NCBI GenBank assembly: GCA_965202585.1
Contig: OZ241834.1
Location: 8,122,001-8,186,000, forward strand
DNA length: 64,000 bases
Reading direction: 5' to 3'
Source of the DNA: Thalia democratica
Lineage: Eukaryota
The translations under genes and the position numbers were made by a program. Positions 62,400-64,000 of the stretch are shown here, one piece after another. Each line of letters opens with the position of its first letter. Position 1 is the first letter of the stretch. The notes under the pieces are model-generated. The model was not told the origin of the DNA, ran no database searches, and was given only the letters and a program-made list of their open reading frames with translations.

Positions 62400-63340
62400 C
62401 GATGATGCACACAAATGGCCATCAAGCTAACATTTATTTTTAGATCACATAAATCTGAACACAAAAGCGCATCTGTAGATAAGCAGAAGCCTTAGTAGCG
62501 GACGGAAACCATTTTAACGTGTCATCTTGACACTTTTTATTCAACAGTTCAGTGTTTGCGAGGTAGCTGATGTGTGAAAAGGCGACAAAAGCTGCCTGTC
62601 AAACGTGTATCTGTTCATTCAGTGTAAAACATCGGCTTAAAACGCTACCCCTAAAATCACCATTAACATTGCTTTGTTCGCGAAGAATTCGTCTTTTTGC
62701 GATTCCGGCTTATCGACGCGTTTTGAAGCCAAGCGAGCACCTGTGCACTATCAGCCAATCAAAATCTAGATAAAGACTCGCAATGCCAATCAAATCGCGC
62801 TTAGCGGATGCGTTTAGTTTTCATATAGAGGCAAGCATGTTGGCGAAATAATATTGAGATATCTCGCAAACTTATCTAAATTTTGAGCAGTGGTAACCGA
62901 GATCTAATGGAAATCCGTGGATAATTGACCGGTATCGGATTATTTTCATCTCGATAAATTTCTAAATTCGTATCGAACAAGCTGCCTGATATTTCTCGTA
63001 CATCTCTCACCACCTGACGTGCTACTTGTTGCACTTGAGATTTATCTGAGTTTTTGTTTAAAATTTTCTTGTACTTACTTATCCGCTTGAGCTAATCTGA
63101 CTTGAAAGCATGTAAATTTATATCGGTTTTAAGAGTAATTTTCTGCTATTAGCGCTACAGTCAAACGCTTACTTGTGTAGCTCACTTAAAAACTCGCTTA
63201 AGTGAGATGCTTTTTCTAAATACTTTGCGCAAACAAAACAACTCTCAAGCTCTGTCAAAACTTTGCAACAAAATACTGCGCACCAAACTTACTTGAATTT
63301 TCATAGATATATTTAAACGCAAAAGTTGTAAATAATGAAG
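62400..63340 (-). promoter_or_regulatory. Conserved upstream block of Fezf-C
   Basis: Inverted paralogue of 2790-3720; both CCAAT boxes retained. Confidence 0.55.
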
Positions 63341-64000
63341 CTACGTAAATAAGATAAACAATTAAAATGGGTGAATCACTCTACTGCGGTTACTTTTTAG
63401 ATCGTCATTTTTCCGTTAAAAACATTGTTGCATAGTTGGTACGTTTTTTTGTAAACAAATTACTTTTTTTTTAACATAATTGTTTTTCATTTTTTAGTTA
63501 AAAACGTTTCATCACGACCAAAAATAAGTTACTAAATCACTAACAACTATTTAAACTATTTAAATTGAAATTTAATAGTAAAGTACAAACGAAGACGCAG
63601 TTTATTCATGTACTTTTTTTTTTAAATTTATTCCTTTAAAATAATAAAAAACCATTCTTTCTTAAGTAATACATTTCTGCTTCGCATTGTATTTTATAAA
63701 TGTATAAAATAAATTTGAAATTTAACACTTGATTCTGAAGTTTTAAGAGCTATAGTTTTATTAAAAACCTTTGTTAACATATGTCTTTAACTTTTACAGT
63801 GATTTTTGTCAGTTTGTATACTAATTTTCTTACAAATTTAACTCACTGTAGATGCTGACTTAACTTTTTCAAAATACTTTTAATAATAACGCTACATAAA
63901 GACACGCATATGCAATCATAAAAACAGAACTTTTTTTTTTAAAGTACTTCATTTATACCTCTAAACTGCTAAAATTGAAAAAATCATTGGTATTTACAGT

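Overview
Very AT-rich animal (metazoan) genomic DNA with spliceosomal introns; nothing prokaryotic is evident. The window is built from three diverged copies of one duplicated segment: copy A (+, 1 to ~20 kb), copy B (+, 28328 to ~41650) and copy C (inverted, ~45.6 kb to the window end). Each copy carries a 4-coding-exon Fezf (Fez/earmuff) six-C2H2-zinc-finger gene. A and B encode intact 350-aa proteins. C has a ~266-bp deletion removing the end of coding exon 1 and its splice donor, yet its zinc-finger exons are intact, and an in-frame cryptic donor (CAG|GTAATT after codon 54) could rescue a 224-aa five-finger isoform. Copies A and C also carry a 5'-truncated, disabled ankyrin-repeat/SOCS-box gene of the ASB2/14/15 type with different lesions in each copy. 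Copy A additionally holds a decayed amnionless (AMN)-like gene on the minus strand that the ORF track does not show. Also present: several non-autonomous hAT-type elements with 8-bp target-site duplications, a foldback-type element made of inverted 17-bp arrays, a 79-bp-arm palindrome, and conserved non-coding blocks (paired CCAAT boxes, K50-homeodomain sites, an RFX X-box). All alignments were done by eye. Protein family assignments rest on recalled vertebrate sequences and need database confirmation. The species was not identified.
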